From Candidatus Binataceae bacterium (GTDB lineage Bacteria > Desulfobacterota > Binatia > Binatales > Binataceae): DNA of 36,918 nt. The translations under genes were made by a program, and so were the position numbers. Below are positions 8,259-16,827 of the stretch, piece by piece. The notes beneath the pieces were generated by a model, which was not told the origin of the DNA, searched no databases, and saw only the letters and a program-made list of their open reading frames with translations. The stretch spans positions 1 to 36,918 of the forward strand of contig DATJOQ010000449.1 in assembly GCA_035506935.1 (NCBI GenBank). Reading direction: 5' to 3'. The number at the start of each line of letters is the position of its first letter. The first letter of the stretch is position 1.

Positions 8259-8885
8259 CTACTTCGTCTCGCTCAGATCGACGTCCAGCCGCAGCACTTC
8301 ATCAGCGCGCTCGATCGTAAAAGGTTCTGAACGCGTCCCCATCGTCGGACTCCACACCACCAGCCGATAAGTACCCGGCGGAACCGCGATATGAAAATTA
8401 CCCTGGCGGTCAGTGGCGGCGAAGTAAGGACTGTCTTCGACGACGATGTACGCTTCCATCGTAGGATGCACATTGCATTGGATTCGCACCACTCCGGGCT
8501 TGTCGAACACCACGCTTTTAGTCTTGCCAGGAGCGTAAAGGTCGAGATCGAATTTCTTGTTGTCAGCCGACGAATATACGTCGTGCCATACCTTGTCGTC
8601 GTTGACGAAATCAACTTTCGCACCCGCCATCACAGGTAATATATACGGGTAGAATCTCAGATCGCGCTGTGACATTACCGCTCGGCGATAGTAAGGATGC
8701 TGCGGCGCTCGCGTCACGCTGACACCCTCGACCGCGACCACCGCGTCCGCGGTCGGCTTGCCGCCAATCGTCACCGTCCCGCTCACGGTGCCGTCTTTAC
8801 CGCCACCCTGGGCTCGCGCCCATGGCGCAAACAGCATGAACCCCAGCGCGAAGGCGCTCGCCAACCAAACCTCGCGCCGCCTCAT
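8259..8885 (-). CDS. Secreted amicyanin-like cupredoxin domain flanked by carboxypeptidase-regulatory-like beta-sandwich segments (paralog 1)
   Basis: Signal peptide 'MRRREVWLASAFALGFMLFAPWARA'. Candidate type-1 Cu ligands are His in 'VWHDVYS' and 'CNVHPTM' (Cys-x2-His-x2-Met, the spacing of amicyanin). 'TDRQGNFHIAVPPGTYRLVVWSP' is typical of CarboxypepD_reg/Cna-B-like domains. Its start overlaps the upstream stop as ATGA (8882-8885). Confidence 0.7.
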   Translation of the reverse strand: MRRREVWLASAFALGFMLFAPWARAQGGGKDGTVSGTVTIGGKPTADAVVAVEGVSVTRAPQHPYYRRAVMSQRDLRFYPYILPVMAGAKVDFVNDDKVWHDVYSSADNKKFDLDLYAPGKTKSVVFDKPGVVRIQCNVHPTMEAYIVVEDSPYFAATDRQGNFHIAVPPGTYRLVVWSPTMGTRSEPFTIERADEVLRLDVDLSETK

Positions 8886-9619
8886 CGCCTTACTTCCTTG
8901 ACCCCGGCATACGCGAAATTCACTTTGGCCGTGCCATGGTCCGTGACTACAACATCCTTTTCCTGCGTGCCGAGCCGCTCATGCCATATTTTCAAATGAT
9001 ATTTTCCGGCAGGCACGCCACTGATTTTATATTCACCGTGCTCGTCGCTAACCGCATAGTAAGGATTCTCAGTGACTATTACGTAAGCCGACATCCACGG
9101 ATGAACGTCGCATTCTATTTTGACTACACCGGCATTAACCATCGGCTTGCGCACAACTTTGCCGCCGTATAATCCGACGTTGAATTGAGGCTGATCGCCG
9201 TGAAAAATCGCATGATCGCTATGGAGAATGTGATCGGTGTTCTTCAACACCAATGACTGATTTATTTCCATCGCCTGCACGTGAGGAACGAACCGGCAAC
9301 CGACGTTATCCAGCTCGTGAGGCGCTTCTTTCCCGCCGGCGTCCTCGGCCGGAACGCCTTCCAGCGTGATCACCGCATAACGAATCCCCTTCTCGGGGCC
9401 AACCACCAGTGTTTCATTGGGGACGCTCTCACAAACGTTTGCCGACTTGATAATTTCCGGCGGCCGAAGGTTCGGTATCGCGCCGTCCAGCTTGACGATG
9501 CCCGTGATCGTCCCGCCACGCGCAGCGATTGCCTCGGCGGCGAGGACGCGCCCGTGTGGCAAGAGTAGGCCCGTAACGCACAGCCATATTGCCAGCCTTC
9601 GGATCGCTCTTTTGGCCAT
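8882..9619 (-). CDS. Secreted amicyanin-like cupredoxin / carboxypeptidase-regulatory-like fusion (paralog 2)
   Basis: Signal peptide 'MAKRAIRRLAIWLCVTGLLLPHGRVLAA'. Has 'LKNTDHILHSDH' and 'CDVHPWM' (Cys-x2-His-x2-Met), plus 'SDEHGEYKISGVPAGKYHLKIWHERLG'. The architecture is colinear with the downstream 208-aa paralog. Confidence 0.7.
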   Translation of the reverse strand: MAKRAIRRLAIWLCVTGLLLPHGRVLAAEAIAARGGTITGIVKLDGAIPNLRPPEIIKSANVCESVPNETLVVGPEKGIRYAVITLEGVPAEDAGGKEAPHELDNVGCRFVPHVQAMEINQSLVLKNTDHILHSDHAIFHGDQPQFNVGLYGGKVVRKPMVNAGVVKIECDVHPWMSAYVIVTENPYYAVSDEHGEYKISGVPAGKYHLKIWHERLGTQEKDVVVTDHGTAKVNFAYAGVKEVRR

Positions 9620-9737
9620 CGTATACCCCCCAAATCCAAGACCGGCGCTGAGCAGACAGACCGCTATCCGCGACGATCGTTAAATGGATAAGCGGCCAGA
9701 GAGGAGCTAATCGACGCTCAAGGTAACGAGCGATCGA

Positions 9738-10196
9738 TTATTTTTTGCAGAAGGTCCGGATATACGCGACCAGCTTTTTTATATCCGGCGGTGCAAACAC
9801 TTCGTTCCACGCAGGCATGTCGTTACTAAGGTGGGCGGCGCTTCCGCCATCCTCGATTACCTTGAACAACGTGCCGTCGCTCACTTTCGACATGCGCGCG
9901 CAGTCAGCCAGCTTGGCCGGCCTGGTCCTTATCTGCGAAGCCGTCGGGCCGTCAGCATTGCCGGAATTTCCGTGACAAGTCGCGCAATAGCTGATGTAGT
10001 TCGCCTTGGCAGAATCCGCCAGCACGAACCCCGACGTAGCCTCCGTCAGCCAAACCGCCGCAGCGCTCGCGACCACCCACCGAACCTTTAAACGTGTCCG
10101 CGAACGTATGGGCGAGCGTACCGAACTTCCCCCCTTCGGCCATCTCTCGAAGCAGAGAGCGACGTCTCCCTCGACCGCTGTGCTCCTCCGCCTCAC
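9738..10196 (-). CDS. Class I c-type cytochrome (monohaem)
   Basis: Single haem motif 'CATCHG', with a distal Met candidate in 'NDMPAW'. The hydrophobic N-terminal segment 'VVASAAAVWL' could be a signal or anchor. The GTG start at 10196 is uncertain. Confidence 0.8.
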   Translation of the reverse strand: MRRRSTAVEGDVALCFERWPKGGSSVRSPIRSRTRLKVRWVVASAAAVWLTEATSGFVLADSAKANYISYCATCHGNSGNADGPTASQIRTRPAKLADCARMSKVSDGTLFKVIEDGGSAAHLSNDMPAWNEVFAPPDIKKLVAYIRTFCKK

Positions 10197-10333
10197 TATC
10201 GCGTTTAGCTCAAGGTATTGTGGTAAGCAATAGCCAGTCTAAAGAAATGACTAATCTACATTACTTATTCACGATCTATCGATGATCGTCGCGCAAGTTT
10301 CTCACGACTATGTATAGCTAACGCGGCCGCCGC

Positions 10334-11542
10334 CTAGTGTCGAATGACCTGACGGCCCCGATCCCGTGGTGCCTGCGCTTCGGCAGAGGAAACTTCCGCG
10401 ACCTCATCCTGAAAGCTGCTCGGCACGTATCCGGACATCTCGTCCCTGCCTAGCGCATCGGCGCTCAGCGCATACGCCCCGCTCCACACCGGCGAGTACT
10501 CGCACACTCCGCACCGCCCTGCGAACGTCACCGGCTCGCGCAGATCCTTGAGCAGGTTGCTCTCGCGACACGCCTCGCCGAGCTTCTCCTGAAGCACGCT
10601 ACCGTGGGAACCTGGTAGAAAGCTCGGATGCACCGTGCCGGTATGCGAGATAAACACAAAATCAGGTCCGGCGCTGATATCTATCGAGGTCCGCCGCGCG
10701 TGAGTTCCGGCCGCCCACGGCTCGAGAGCGGCCCGCATCGCGTGATAAGCCGGCCCGAGCGGCATCACCCGATCATGCGCAATACCTCGCCGCTCCAGGA
10801 TCGAGCGCTCCATGAACACTCGCTTGAAATGATGAGCTTCCGTGGTCCTGACCGAAATCGTCGCACCCACATCGTAGAGAAAGTTCATCAGGTCTTCGCA
10901 CGCCTGCTCCGAAATGCGCTCGAGACCGCTTCCACGCCCCGTCGGCACCAGCGGAAAGACGCTCCAAGTCATCGCGCCGCGCTCGAGCACCTGATGCGCG
11001 ATCTTGGGCAGTTCCATCAGGTTGGCGCTCACCACTGTCGTGTTGATCTGAACCGTGAGGCCACACTTTCGTGCTGCCTCCCACGCCTTCATTGTGCGCG
11101 CGAAAACACCCGAGATTCCGCGGAACGCGTCATGAATCGCGGAGTCGGCTCCATCGACGCTGAGCGCTATCGCCCTCAGTCCTGCCGCCCGCAACTCGGA
11201 GATTATGCCCGGTGTCAGCAGCGCGCTCCCCGGGAGCGACAGCGCCACCGGTACGTGGCGATTTGCAGCATGGGCGATCAATTCCCTCAGATCGGGACGC
11301 TTGATCGGGTCGCCGCCAGTCAAGAGCAAAAGCGGCGGCGGAGCGCCAAGCGCGGCTACATCGTCGATCAGCGCGCGGCCCGCTTCGGTGGACAGCTCGT
11401 CGGGATTGCGCGAGGGTATCGGTTCCGCGCCACAATGGGCGCAAGCCAAATCGCAAGCTTTGGTAGTTTCCCAGATCACGACAAATGAAGGTTCGGCGAC
11501 CTCGAAACGAGGATGGCCGGTCGGCTTGCGTAGGTTGCCCAT
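10334..11542 (-). CDS. Radical SAM enzyme, AhbD/NirJ-like (TIGR04053-like) with degenerate SPASM-type C-terminus
   Basis: Has the CX3CX2C cluster motif 'CDLACAHC', the SAM-binding motif 'LTGGDPIKRPDL' and the TIM-barrel core 'LSVDGADSAIHDAFRG ... QINTTV'. The C-terminal region retains 'GRCGVCEY'. The ORF-track start is GTG at 11560. The ATG at 11542 (MGNLRK...) has AAGGA 9 nt upstream and is preferred. Confidence 0.85.
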   Translation of the reverse strand: MGNLRKPTGHPRFEVAEPSFVVIWETTKACDLACAHCGAEPIPSRNPDELSTEAGRALIDDVAALGAPPPLLLLTGGDPIKRPDLRELIAHAANRHVPVALSLPGSALLTPGIISELRAAGLRAIALSVDGADSAIHDAFRGISGVFARTMKAWEAARKCGLTVQINTTVVSANLMELPKIAHQVLERGAMTWSVFPLVPTGRGSGLERISEQACEDLMNFLYDVGATISVRTTEAHHFKRVFMERSILERRGIAHDRVMPLGPAYHAMRAALEPWAAGTHARRTSIDISAGPDFVFISHTGTVHPSFLPGSHGSVLQEKLGEACRESNLLKDLREPVTFAGRCGVCEYSPVWSGAYALSADALGRDEMSGYVPSSFQDEVAEVSSAEAQAPRDRGRQVIRH

Positions 11543-11572
11543 CAGTTTAATCCTTGTCACAAGTGCTGCTGG

Positions 11573-12388
11573 TCAATTGTGGTCCCGGACGATGCAATCC
11601 TTCTCTGCCGCTCCCTCGAAAATGTAACCCGAGCCTCCTTCGCTCACGATTCTGAGCAATTGCGGACCGTCGAGCACCCGGATTCCGCCCAACACGTCTA
11701 CGCCGTGCATGAAGAACGGTGGCGGCCACGGCGACGCCGTCGGCCCCGCCAGAATCCTGGTCCGGGCTCGCGACGAAGCCTCGAGCAAGCCGTCGATCTC
11801 TCCTTCAACTAGAGCCGAGCCGGAAATGATCACTACATCTGCGCGCTTCAGAGCCTCGCCGGCCTGATTCGGCGAGCGCCAAAACGGCAGTTCGTCCGGC
11901 TTAAGGGCCTCGCGATGCTTATCGATCACCGCGAGATCTGCGACGTTGCCGCGCAGGCTCTTGATAAAAGGCACGAACGCGCCCACCATCGCAACCCGAT
12001 CGTCGCGGCCGATATCACCCGCCTTCAGCGCGTCGCATCCCGCGAGCAATTTCCCACCGGGAACCCCATGACGCGCGATCGCCATCGAGGAAAGTGCATT
12101 CAGGACCGCGACGCCGACCGCACGGCGAAGCGCGATCTGCGAGAATGCGTACTCCGCCAGGCTCCAGGCCGATTCTCCCGCCATCCGGCCAGCCGGCGGC
12201 GCCGAGGCCGCCGATTTCGGGCAGCAAACCGTATCGTCCAGCCCGCGCGGCGTGAACGCCACACCGACATCGCCGCTTGCGAGTTCGGCTGCCGTGTAAA
12301 ACACCCCGACACGAACGTCACGCACCGCGAGCGGTTCGCCCTCGAGCACGCGGTGCAAATCCGTAATCCAGCTCTTGAGAAGGTTCAT
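11573..12388 (-). CDS. DUF4213/DUF364 protein (enolase-N-like plus Rossmann-like, 'putative heavy-metal chelation' family)
   Basis: 'VRDVRVGVFYTAAELASGDVGVAFT', 'ALRRAVGVAVLNALS', 'RVAMVGAFVPFI' and 'ADVVIISGSALVEGEIDGLL ... ILAGPTASPWPPPFF..GVDVLGG' match the pattern I recall for DUF4213+DUF364. The ORF-track start is TTG at 12400; an ATG lies at 12388. The stop is 30 nt (or 12 nt, depending on the start chosen) upstream of the radical SAM start. Confidence 0.7.
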   Translation of the reverse strand: MNLLKSWITDLHRVLEGEPLAVRDVRVGVFYTAAELASGDVGVAFTPRGLDDTVCCPKSAASAPPAGRMAGESAWSLAEYAFSQIALRRAVGVAVLNALSSMAIARHGVPGGKLLAGCDALKAGDIGRDDRVAMVGAFVPFIKSLRGNVADLAVIDKHREALKPDELPFWRSPNQAGEALKRADVVIISGSALVEGEIDGLLEASSRARTRILAGPTASPWPPPFFMHGVDVLGGIRVLDGPQLLRIVSEGGSGYIFEGAAEKDCIVRDHN

Positions 12389-12696
12389 GACGTCACCCAA
12401 TCCGCTACAACCAGATTTGAAGTAACATCGGCGCGCAGATGTGACACTTATCGCGAGATCGCGTTTTTGTCACCCCCCCGCGCTCGCCACCGCATAAAAT
12501 CGGCCCTTTTCAGCTTGATAATTCCGTAGATTTTGCCATGCTTCTGCCTCACGAAAGTTACCCAGCGGGCGCTCGATAGCTGTTTGCCCCGGTTAGTTTC
12601 GAAATTGACTCTGATCAACAATCGTCTAATTGATTCCGTGGCATACGGCTGGTCCGTGACTACACCCGGCCACCACGAGCAGGAGGAATAGCATCG

Positions 12697-13848
12697 ATGG
12701 AATTCGCAATTTCTGAAGAGCATCGCATGATGCTTGAGAGCGTGCGCCAGTTCCGTGAAAAGGAATTGATGCCGCTTGAGAAAAAATTCCTGCTCGAAGG
12801 CAAACTCGACACCAAGGTTCGCCACGATCTCGAGCGCCGCGGGCGCGAGGCCGGATTCTGGGCGCTCGAGGTGCCCGAAAAGTACGGCGGCCTCGACGTC
12901 GGACAGTTGGGCCTCTGCCTGATCGACGAGGAGTTGTTTAAACATCCCGCGATGTTCGAGTTCGGCGGCAGCCCCGAACCCGCGCTCTATCTCTGCAACG
13001 AGGAACAAAAGAAAAGTTACTTTTACCCAATCATCGAGGGCAAAAAGCATAGCTGCTACGCCTTCACTGAGCCCGACGCCGGCTCGGATTTCGCCCGCAT
13101 CCGCACCGTGGCCCGGCGCGACGGCGATAGCTGGGTGATCAACGGTACCAAGACTTTCATCTCTTACGTCGACGGCGCCGACTTCGTCATCCTGTTTACC
13201 ACCACCGACCCCAACGCCGGCTCGCGCGGCATCACCTGCTTCCTGGTCGACAAGGGCACCCCGGGATTCAACGTCAGCCGCAAGATCCCCACGATGGGCG
13301 ATGACTGGGATCCCAACGAACTCCAGTTCTCCGATTGCCGCGTTCCCGATTCGGTGCGATTGGGCGAAGTGAACGGCGGCTTCGCCGTCGCCGACGCACA
13401 GCTCACGCACGGCCGGCTCAAGATCGCGGCGTTCAACCTCGGATGCGCCGCGCGCTCGATCGAAATAGCGCTCGAATGGGCCAAGCAGCGAACCACCTGG
13501 GGCAAGCCGATCGGAACGCGCCAGGCGATTCAATGGATGCTGGCGGATTCGGAAGTCGAGCTCGAGGCAGCGCGCCTGCTGGTACATCGCGCGGCCTGGA
13601 TGGCCGACAACCAGCACAAGATCCGCAACGAAGCGTTCATCGCCAAGCTCTACGCGACCGAGATGGCGCAGCGCGTAACCGACCGATGCATCCAGATCAT
13701 GGGCGGCCTCGGCTACACCAAGGAAGTGCCGATCCAGAGCTTCTGGCGCCAGGTGCGCGTATGGCGTATCGGCCACGGCACCTCCGAGATCCATCGATGG
13801 ATGATCGCGCGCAACATGCTCGGATTGTCGGCCCGCGAGTCCAATTAA
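12697..13848 (+). CDS. Acyl-CoA dehydrogenase
   Basis: 383 aa. AGGAGGAA Shine-Dalgarno upstream of the ATG at 12697. 'YAFTEPDAGSD', 'WVINGTKTFIS' and 'GGLGYTKEVPIQSFWRQVRVWRIGHGTSEIHR' are typical ACAD motifs. Confidence 0.92.
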   Translation: MEFAISEEHRMMLESVRQFREKELMPLEKKFLLEGKLDTKVRHDLERRGREAGFWALEVPEKYGGLDVGQLGLCLIDEELFKHPAMFEFGGSPEPALYLCNEEQKKSYFYPIIEGKKHSCYAFTEPDAGSDFARIRTVARRDGDSWVINGTKTFISYVDGADFVILFTTTDPNAGSRGITCFLVDKGTPGFNVSRKIPTMGDDWDPNELQFSDCRVPDSVRLGEVNGGFAVADAQLTHGRLKIAAFNLGCAARSIEIALEWAKQRTTWGKPIGTRQAIQWMLADSEVELEAARLLVHRAAWMADNQHKIRNEAFIAKLYATEMAQRVTDRCIQIMGGLGYTKEVPIQSFWRQVRVWRIGHGTSEIHRWMIARNMLGLSARESN

Positions 13849-13883
13849 CCGGCGAAGGCACTAATCGATAGCGCGGCACAGTT

Positions 13884-14387
13884 ATGAGCGTTTCGATACC
13901 GGCAGTCTACGAGAAGGTTAAAGCCGCCGTCGGCAAAACCGAGCGCGTCAAGCTCGGCACCATCCGCGAGCGCGATTTCCAGCGCTTCGCGATCGCCGCC
14001 GGCAACCTCAATCCGCTGTTCTTCGACGACGCTGCCGCCAAGGCGGCCGGCTACCCGGCGACCATCGCGCCACCGCTCTATCTGAGCAGCGTGATGGTGT
14101 GGGAGCTCGGCCCGCCCGAGGATTCGATGCGCGCCGACGGCACCGCCGGCCAGGAAACCGTCGGGCTGCCGGTTGAAGGCGTGCGCCTGATGGGTGGTGG
14201 GCAGGAGCTGGAATTCCACTATCCGGTAACCGACGGGATGGAAGTCACGATGGAGGTCGGACCCGAGCACGTCGAGCTGAAAGAAGGCCGCTCGGGCCAG
14301 TTCCTGGTAATCACCCTCACCCGTCGCTATCGCGATCAGAACGATCGCCTGCTCGTCACCTGCCGCGAAAATTTCATCGCGCGCTGA
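13884..14387 (+). CDS. Hotdog-fold dehydratase subunit, MaoC N-terminal / FAS1-like dehydratase type
   Basis: 167 aa. 'IRERDFQRFAIAAGNLNPLFFDDAAAKAAGYPATIAPPLY' is typical of the non-catalytic half of heteromeric (R)-specific enoyl-CoA hydratases. It is followed 10 nt later by the MaoC partner. Confidence 0.75.
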   Translation: MSVSIPAVYEKVKAAVGKTERVKLGTIRERDFQRFAIAAGNLNPLFFDDAAAKAAGYPATIAPPLYLSSVMVWELGPPEDSMRADGTAGQETVGLPVEGVRLMGGGQELEFHYPVTDGMEVTMEVGPEHVELKEGRSGQFLVITLTRRYRDQNDRLLVTCRENFIAR

Positions 14388-14397
14388 TCCGGAGTGC

Positions 14398-14823
14398 ATG
14401 ATGGGCGCTAATCAACTGTTTTTCGAAGACGTGAAGGTCGGCGGCGCGCTTCCTATGCTGGTCAAGCATCCGAGCAACGTCGAGCTGTTCCGCTTCAGCG
14501 CGATGACCTGGAACGCCCATCGCATTCACTACGACAAAATTTACGCCCAATCCGAGGGCTATCCCGACGTTCTCGTGCAGTCGCATCTGCACGGTTCCTT
14601 CCTGCTGCAAACCGTCACCGATTGGATCGGCCCGCGTGGACGGGTGCTGGGTTTTCGATGGCAGAATCGCGGCATCGCCATCCCTGGTGATGTGTTGACC
14701 TGCACCGGCAAAGTAGTAAAGGCTGAAGCAGGCGTAGTCGAGTGCGAACTCGAAGAGCGCAATCAAAAGGGAGAGTTGTGCGCACCCGGATGGGCGCGAG
14801 TCGAGTTGCCCCGGCGTAGCTGA
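14398..14823 (+). CDS. MaoC-family (R)-specific enoyl-CoA hydratase subunit (hotdog fold)
   Basis: 141 aa. 'FRFSAMTWNAHRIHYDKIYAQSEGYPDVLVQSHL' resembles the MaoC dehydratase active-site segment (D-x4-H type). Confidence 0.8.
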   Translation: MMGANQLFFEDVKVGGALPMLVKHPSNVELFRFSAMTWNAHRIHYDKIYAQSEGYPDVLVQSHLHGSFLLQTVTDWIGPRGRVLGFRWQNRGIAIPGDVLTCTGKVVKAEAGVVECELEERNQKGELCAPGWARVELPRRS

Positions 14824-14834
14824 CGCTACCGTCG

Positions 14835-14873
14835 GAGCGAGGCCGGTTCAGGGGCTTTGACCCGGCTTCGCTC
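14835..14873. terminator. Stem-loop between convergent genes (no U-tract)
   Basis: GAGCGAGGCCGG (14835-14846) pairs with CCGGCTTCGCTC (14862-14873): 12 bp including one G-U. It lies between the stops at 14823 (+) and 14948 (-). A second 8-bp hairpin, GCGGCCCA/TGGGCCGC, lies at 14915-14948. Confidence 0.35.
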
Positions 14874-14947
14874 GGGCCAAACGCGATCCGATTCCTCCTC
14901 TAAGCCCGATCGAAGCGGCCCAGGCGCTGATGTTCGCGCGTGGGCCG

Positions 14948-16654
14948 CTAACTTTGCGAGGCCTTCACGTCCGCCAGAAACTCGGTGATTAGGTTTTGCA
15001 GTATCTGCGCCTGATGGTTGAGGTTGTTAGCGGCGTCGTTCACCATCTTGGCCGCCGCGCCGGTTGATTCCGCCGCACCAGTCATCCCGCCGATATTCGC
15101 GCTTACATCACGCGCCCCCTGCGCAGCCTGCTCGACATTGCGCGCGATTTCCATGGTCGCCGATTCCTGCTGCTTGACCGACTCCGCAGTCGAAATCGAA
15201 AACTCGAACACCTTCCCGATGGTCTCGGTAATGCCGTTGATCGCTCCGACCGCGTCGTGCGTCGAGTTCTGCACACCGGCTATCTGCTGCGTGATATCCT
15301 CGGTGGCCTTGGCGGTTTGACTCGCCAGCTCCTTGACCTCATTGGCAACCACCGCGAACCCCTTGCCTGCCTCGCCCGCACGCGCCGCCTCGATGGTCGC
15401 GTTCAACGCCAGCAGATTGGTCTGACTCGCGATGTTATTGATCATCTTCACCACTTCGCCGATTCGCTGCGCCGCGTCGGCCAGCGTATGAACCTGTTCA
15501 TTGACTCTCTGGCTTTCGGTGCGGGCGGTTTCTGTTACCGCCTTGGCTTCGGTGGTCTGCCGCTTGATCTCACGAACGCAGTTCGCCATTTCCTCGGTCG
15601 ATGCCGATACCGACTGCACGTTGGAATAAGCTTGCTGAGCCGCCGACGCCATGGCCGTGGCCTGGTTCGCCGCCTGGCTGGCGGAGGCCGACATCGTCGA
15701 CGATGTATCGGTCAGGCTCTCGGTGGCGCGTGTGACCGTTCCCAGCACGCTGCCGACGCCCTGCTCGAAACGCCGTGTCAGCTCTTCGATTCGATAGGTC
15801 CGCGCCAATTGGATCTCCTGCTGACGCTCCTGTTCCGCGCTCAATTCGTCAGCTTTCACGATATTATCGCGGAAGCTGGTGACCGCCCGCGCCATCCGGC
15901 CGATCTCGTCGCCACGCCCGACGAACGCATCAACCGTCGCGCTCATATCGCGATCGACCAGACGCTGCATCGCTGACGCCATCGCCAGTACCGGGCCTGA
16001 AATCCCCAGCGCGATAGACCACGCTACCGCTCCGCCAATCAGCAGACACACGATAAGCATCGCGACCATGAGGTTGCGCCGCCATCGAATCTCCGATTCA
16101 ACCTTGCTCCGCGCGTTACTGTCTTGCTGATCGTTGAAGACCGCGAACTCGTTCACCGCCTGCTCGTGTGCTGCGTAAAGCGGCAGCAGTTTTTGGTGGC
16201 GCACGCTGTTGGCTTCATCCATTTTGCCCGCTTCGAGCAGCGGAAAAAGCTCCGACTCGGCGATCGAAAAAAACTGGTCGGCTGGCTCAAAGGTCTTCTC
16301 CAGCAGCTCTTTAAACTTGCCGTCGCTAAGATTAGTCAGCCAATATTGCCGGCGATCTTCGAACGCCTTCTTCGACTGCTCGAATTTCGCCATGTAGCCG
16401 TGGATATCATCGAGGCTGTGAGACGACACCATGCGATAGACCAGGAAATTGCATGGCAGCAGCGAAGCACGCGGTGGGACAAAATCTGCCTTGGCGTTCT
16501 GGGCCACGTCCAACGTCTTGTCCAGATCGCTGCCAACCATCACTGAATTCAACGTGCTGAACGCTGTCGCGCTAAATATCACGGTACCGAGAGCGAAGAT
16601 GCCAACCAGCGCCGCCAGCCGTCCCTTTATGCCCAGGTCTTTAAAACCGAACAC
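14948..16654 (-). CDS. Methyl-accepting chemotaxis protein
   Basis: 568 aa. Two TM segments flank a ~170-aa periplasmic helical sensor, followed by a HAMP domain. The conserved signalling hairpin is '[32 protein letters not shown]'. GTG start with a GGGGTGGAAGG Shine-Dalgarno. Confidence 0.92.
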   Translation of the reverse strand: MFGFKDLGIKGRLAALVGIFALGTVIFSATAFSTLNSVMVGSDLDKTLDVAQNAKADFVPPRASLLPCNFLVYRMVSSHSLDDIHGYMAKFEQSKKAFEDRRQYWLTNLSDGKFKELLEKTFEPADQFFSIAESELFPLLEAGKMDEANSVRHQKLLPLYAAHEQAVNEFAVFNDQQDSNARSKVESEIRWRRNLMVAMLIVCLLIGGAVAWSIALGISGPVLAMASAMQRLVDRDMSATVDAFVGRGDEIGRMARAVTSFRDNIVKADELSAEQERQQEIQLARTYRIEELTRRFEQGVGSVLGTVTRATESLTDTSSTMSASASQAANQATAMASAAQQAYSNVQSVSASTEEMANCVREIKRQTTEAKAVTETARTESQRVNEQVHTLADAAQRIGEVVKMINNIASQTNLLALNATIEAARAGEAGKGFAVVANEVKELASQTAKATEDITQQIAGVQNSTHDAVGAINGITETIGKVFEFSISTAESVKQQESATMEIARNVEQAAQGARDVSANIGGMTGAAESTGAAAKMVNDAANNLNHQAQILQNLITEFLADVKASQS

Positions 16655-16827
16655 CGCCTTCCACCCCTTAAGAACAGTTTCGCCCGTCTATCGATCGATA
16701 TTCTTGTGAAGTCGTCAGTTCCTAATTGACGCCCGTCCCCGGCTCGAATAGTTGACCGTGACCGAATCATGTTGCAGGGGGGAGTTGATTCTAGGTCGCT
16801 AAGGATATCTGCTAAAGATCATCTAAA

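Noticed and set aside
12448-13794. 448-aa ORF on the minus strand
   Set aside because: It is antisense to a clear acyl-CoA dehydrogenase. Its composition is Arg/Ala/Gly/Asp-rich with no recognisable motif, which is the typical shadow ORF of GC-rich DNA.
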